A stretch of 64,000 nucleotides of DNA from contig CM007990.1 in the NCBI GenBank assembly GCA_002189035.1, positions 1,984,001-2,048,000 on the forward strand, in the 5' to 3' direction. The notes under the pieces were generated by a model that was not told where the DNA came from, made no database searches, and worked only from the letters and a program-made list of their open reading frames with translations. Each line of letters starts with the position of its first letter. Position 1 is the stretch's first letter. Positions 60,990 to 64,000 of the stretch are shown one piece after another. This stretch comes from Utricularia gibba. Taxonomy: Eukaryota; Plantae; Magnoliophyta. Position numbers and translations under genes: made by a program.

Positions 60990-63900
60990 AGATGGTGTCA
61001 CACAGGAATAGTGCATTGCGCATGATTAAATAGACTGTAGGGGATTTCCTATGTTTTGATTACTTTACATTTATTTGTTTATTTTTCCTATAAATACACT
61101 GCAGCACTCCTGCTACATTCAGTTTTGAATTTAATAACACAGGAGCTGCTTTTTTTTTCGCCGATCATATGATTTTATGTTCATAGTGTGGTGAGCTCGG
61201 AGTAGCCATGCATCAATCACCTGGCAGTGATACTGGCGACATTCATGACAATCACAGACAATGGTACTCATACACCTAGAGGACAAATGAGCATAGGTAT
61301 ATCTTCAATATAGAATGCATTTCTTGAAGGAGATGTCAATTGTGCTGTCCTGGATGTTGAATTCCATTTAGAAGGATTTGGTTGGCAGTTTCACAGGATA
61401 TAACAGTTTGCACGAATTGTGGAAAACACTAGAAGTGGTTTACGGATAGATCAATAGTAATATGTTATATCAGGTTCAGTCAAATCTGTATAATTTGAAA
61501 CAAGGAGATCTCGGTGTTGTCCATTACTATACCAAATTGAATAGAAGGAACTTGATGCTTTATTTCCCGAAGTGTGACAGATGCTACGAATTTGTTAATG
61601 CGGAACAATTCTTTGACTCTACCAAGGGAACACAATTTTTGCTTGGTTACATCCCAAGTTTGATGCCATTTGAAACTAGATTTTGGCCATAGATGAGTCC
61701 ATGACAATATCTAAGGCCTATGCAACTCTCTTAAATGTAGAGCAATATATGTACAGAAAGTAACCAAATATGGTCAACATACACACTAATTCTGCTATGC
61801 TAGTTAAACCTGTGTAGGATCGAACTTTAGCACCTCACCTTGGGCTAAGACAGCAAAGAGATAATCAATTCTATAACATATGTAACAAACAAGGCCACAT
61901 ACTAGAGAATTGCTTGAGCCTTCTCCCTGGTGGAGGAAGAAGGGTACTAGGAACAAAACGAATGAGGCGAAGTCGCAACCAACCTCTTTTGGGCAACAGT
62001 GACTCACCTCGAGCTCATGCCCACAAATGCAAATGCAATCCAAACAATAGTTGAAATATCTTTCATACCGACCTATAGCATATTGTGTTGAGTCACCAAT
62101 TGATGAACAATTTTCTCATGCATCGGACATCTCATCATATGCTAATTCTTTACAGGTTATTCAACGAGAATTGACAAAGTTGATGATCACTAACCAACAA
62201 GTCAGATGCAAGGGCTTTCTGTGAACTTGTCCAAAATAGAATTCTTAGGTATGTTACAAATGGATCTAAGAATGGCTAATAATGTTTATGAGCATTTTAT
62301 ATGCAACTCATTGGAATGGATCATTGACTCTAGTATCACCACTCATATTAGTTTCTCAAAGACCAATTTTGATACTATGAAGTAGGTGACTAACTTGAGG
62401 GTCCATCTACCGAATGTACACTTTGTACCTATTGACTATGTGGGATCAATCACAATTATTGGAAGGATAAAATTACTAAATGCACTCCATATTTCTGGTT
62501 TTAAGTATAACTTGCTATTTGTTAAAAAACTTGCAGATGATATGCGCATCAACATTGTCTTTTCTGATTGTTCATGGTTAATACAGGACAAAGATACAAG
62601 TGAGCTTCTTGGCAAAAGGTCATTGACAAACATTGTCTTCCAACTTGCTGTTGGAAGGGTATGTGATGGACTCTATGTGATTGACAAAAGGTCATTTAAA
62701 TCAAATGCGATCAAGGTTTTTATCGGATTAGCTCAGAAGTCACATAGGTTGAGGAACCATCTAGTGAACGTGTTGATACCATCGACGAGTTTTTTTGCTA
62801 GAACCCTACATGGTGGAGATGAAAATTTGTTGTGGCATTGTCGCTTTGATCACATTTTGAACTTAAAGTCTAGACATATGAATGCTAATTGTGGATTATT
62901 TGGAGTTCCATGCAATATATGTAAGTTTGCTAAATTTCAAAGGATCCCATTCCCTTTGAGCATGTCTCAAGCTCCTCATGCATTTTTCTCCTTCATTGTG
63001 ACTTATAGGGACCATATAATCTGGGAATGTTCAATGACTTAAAGGATGTCCTTACTATTGTAGATGATTAAGCTAGGACCACATGGATCTTTTTGCTTAA
63101 AGATAAGTTAGGGATGGACAACTATATACATGCATTTTTGACATATATAGAAAATCACTTCAATCTCACCACTAAATACATTTAGATAGACAAGGGCGGT
63201 GAATTCATAAGCACTACTTTATAGAATTTATGTGCTAAGAAAGGGATACATCATCAGTATTCATGCACCAAGAGACTGCAACAAAACATTTGGGTGGAAT
63301 AGAAATATAGGCACCTTCTGGAGGTCACACAAGCTATCAAATTTCAGTCCAGAGTATCTAAAATTTTTTGAAGAGAGTCCGTTCTCACGGCCACCTACAT
63401 CATAAATAGGATAACATCATCTGTTTTGGACTGTAAGACTACATTCAAGGTACTCATGAACAAACCACCAGAATTAGATCACATGCGTGTTTTTGATAGC
63501 AACTCAAAAATTATCATGATTGCTATTGAGGATAAATGTGTTTTTCTTGGTTACTCTATGAATTACAAAGGCTACAAATTATATTACCTAGAAACTCAAG
63601 ATGTCTTCATTTCGAGAGACATGTATGATTATTACCTACAAAGGCTCTGGATGGCCAGGCGATCTCTAATGATCCCCTCTTAAGGAGTCAGCAAAGCTGA
63701 GTTCCACCAATGTGGATGCATGATTATTACATCTTTCAAATAGACATGTATGATCTAGTGGAACCATTGATGATCTCTGAACCCCAAGCATTTAGAGAAG
63801 CATCCAAGTTTTCATGGTTGCGTGATGCCATGTCTTAAGAAATGCAGGCCTTTGAGAACAATGATACATGGATGGTTGTGGATCTGCCATATGAAAAGCA

Positions 63901-64000
63901 TGCCATTGGTTGTAAATGGGTCTATAAAATTAAATGCCTGTTTGATGACTGCAATGATTCAAGTCATGTTTGGTGGCAAAGGGATAAACACAAGTGGAAG
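60990..64000 (+). mobile_element. Ty1/Copia element, degenerate, runs off window edge
   Basis: Putative short LTR with cctataaata (~60990-61185); gag VLSWMLNSI...ELWKTLE; protease EWIIDS..TTHI; pre-integrase LWHCRFDH; integrase LTIVDD*ARTTWIFLLK; RT ENNDTW.VVDLP..K.AIGCKWVYKIK. Confidence 0.87.

Overview
AT-rich plant (probably eudicot) nuclear DNA with spliced genes in nested, decayed transposons. Host genes: two class III peroxidase copies in inverted, divergent (outward-pointing) orientation (full gene 57203-58332 +; window-truncated copy <1-659 -), PRKRIP1-like (21760-22611 +), LARP6B-like with an apparent 1-bp frameshift in exon 1 (23034-26137 -), a clade-A-type AHL with an intron (38589-39454 -) and PPD3 (45291-48029 -). 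Repeats: a MuDR element with a dead transposase, two MULE-type MITEs with 9-bp TSDs, a LINE, a hAT remnant, four Copia remnants, several Gypsy-like LTR copies and a ~178-unit (AAT)n tract. The main structure is 1-2917, an apparently identical inverted copy of 54945-57861. Just outside the arms, homology continues at clearly lower identity, and the right copy holds only the first 1.5 kb of the MULE, joined at the MULE insertion point. This fits an old inverted duplication later homogenised by gene conversion, although an assembly artefact cannot be excluded. No wholly new gene system could be supported. All alignments and identities are by eye; no searches were run.
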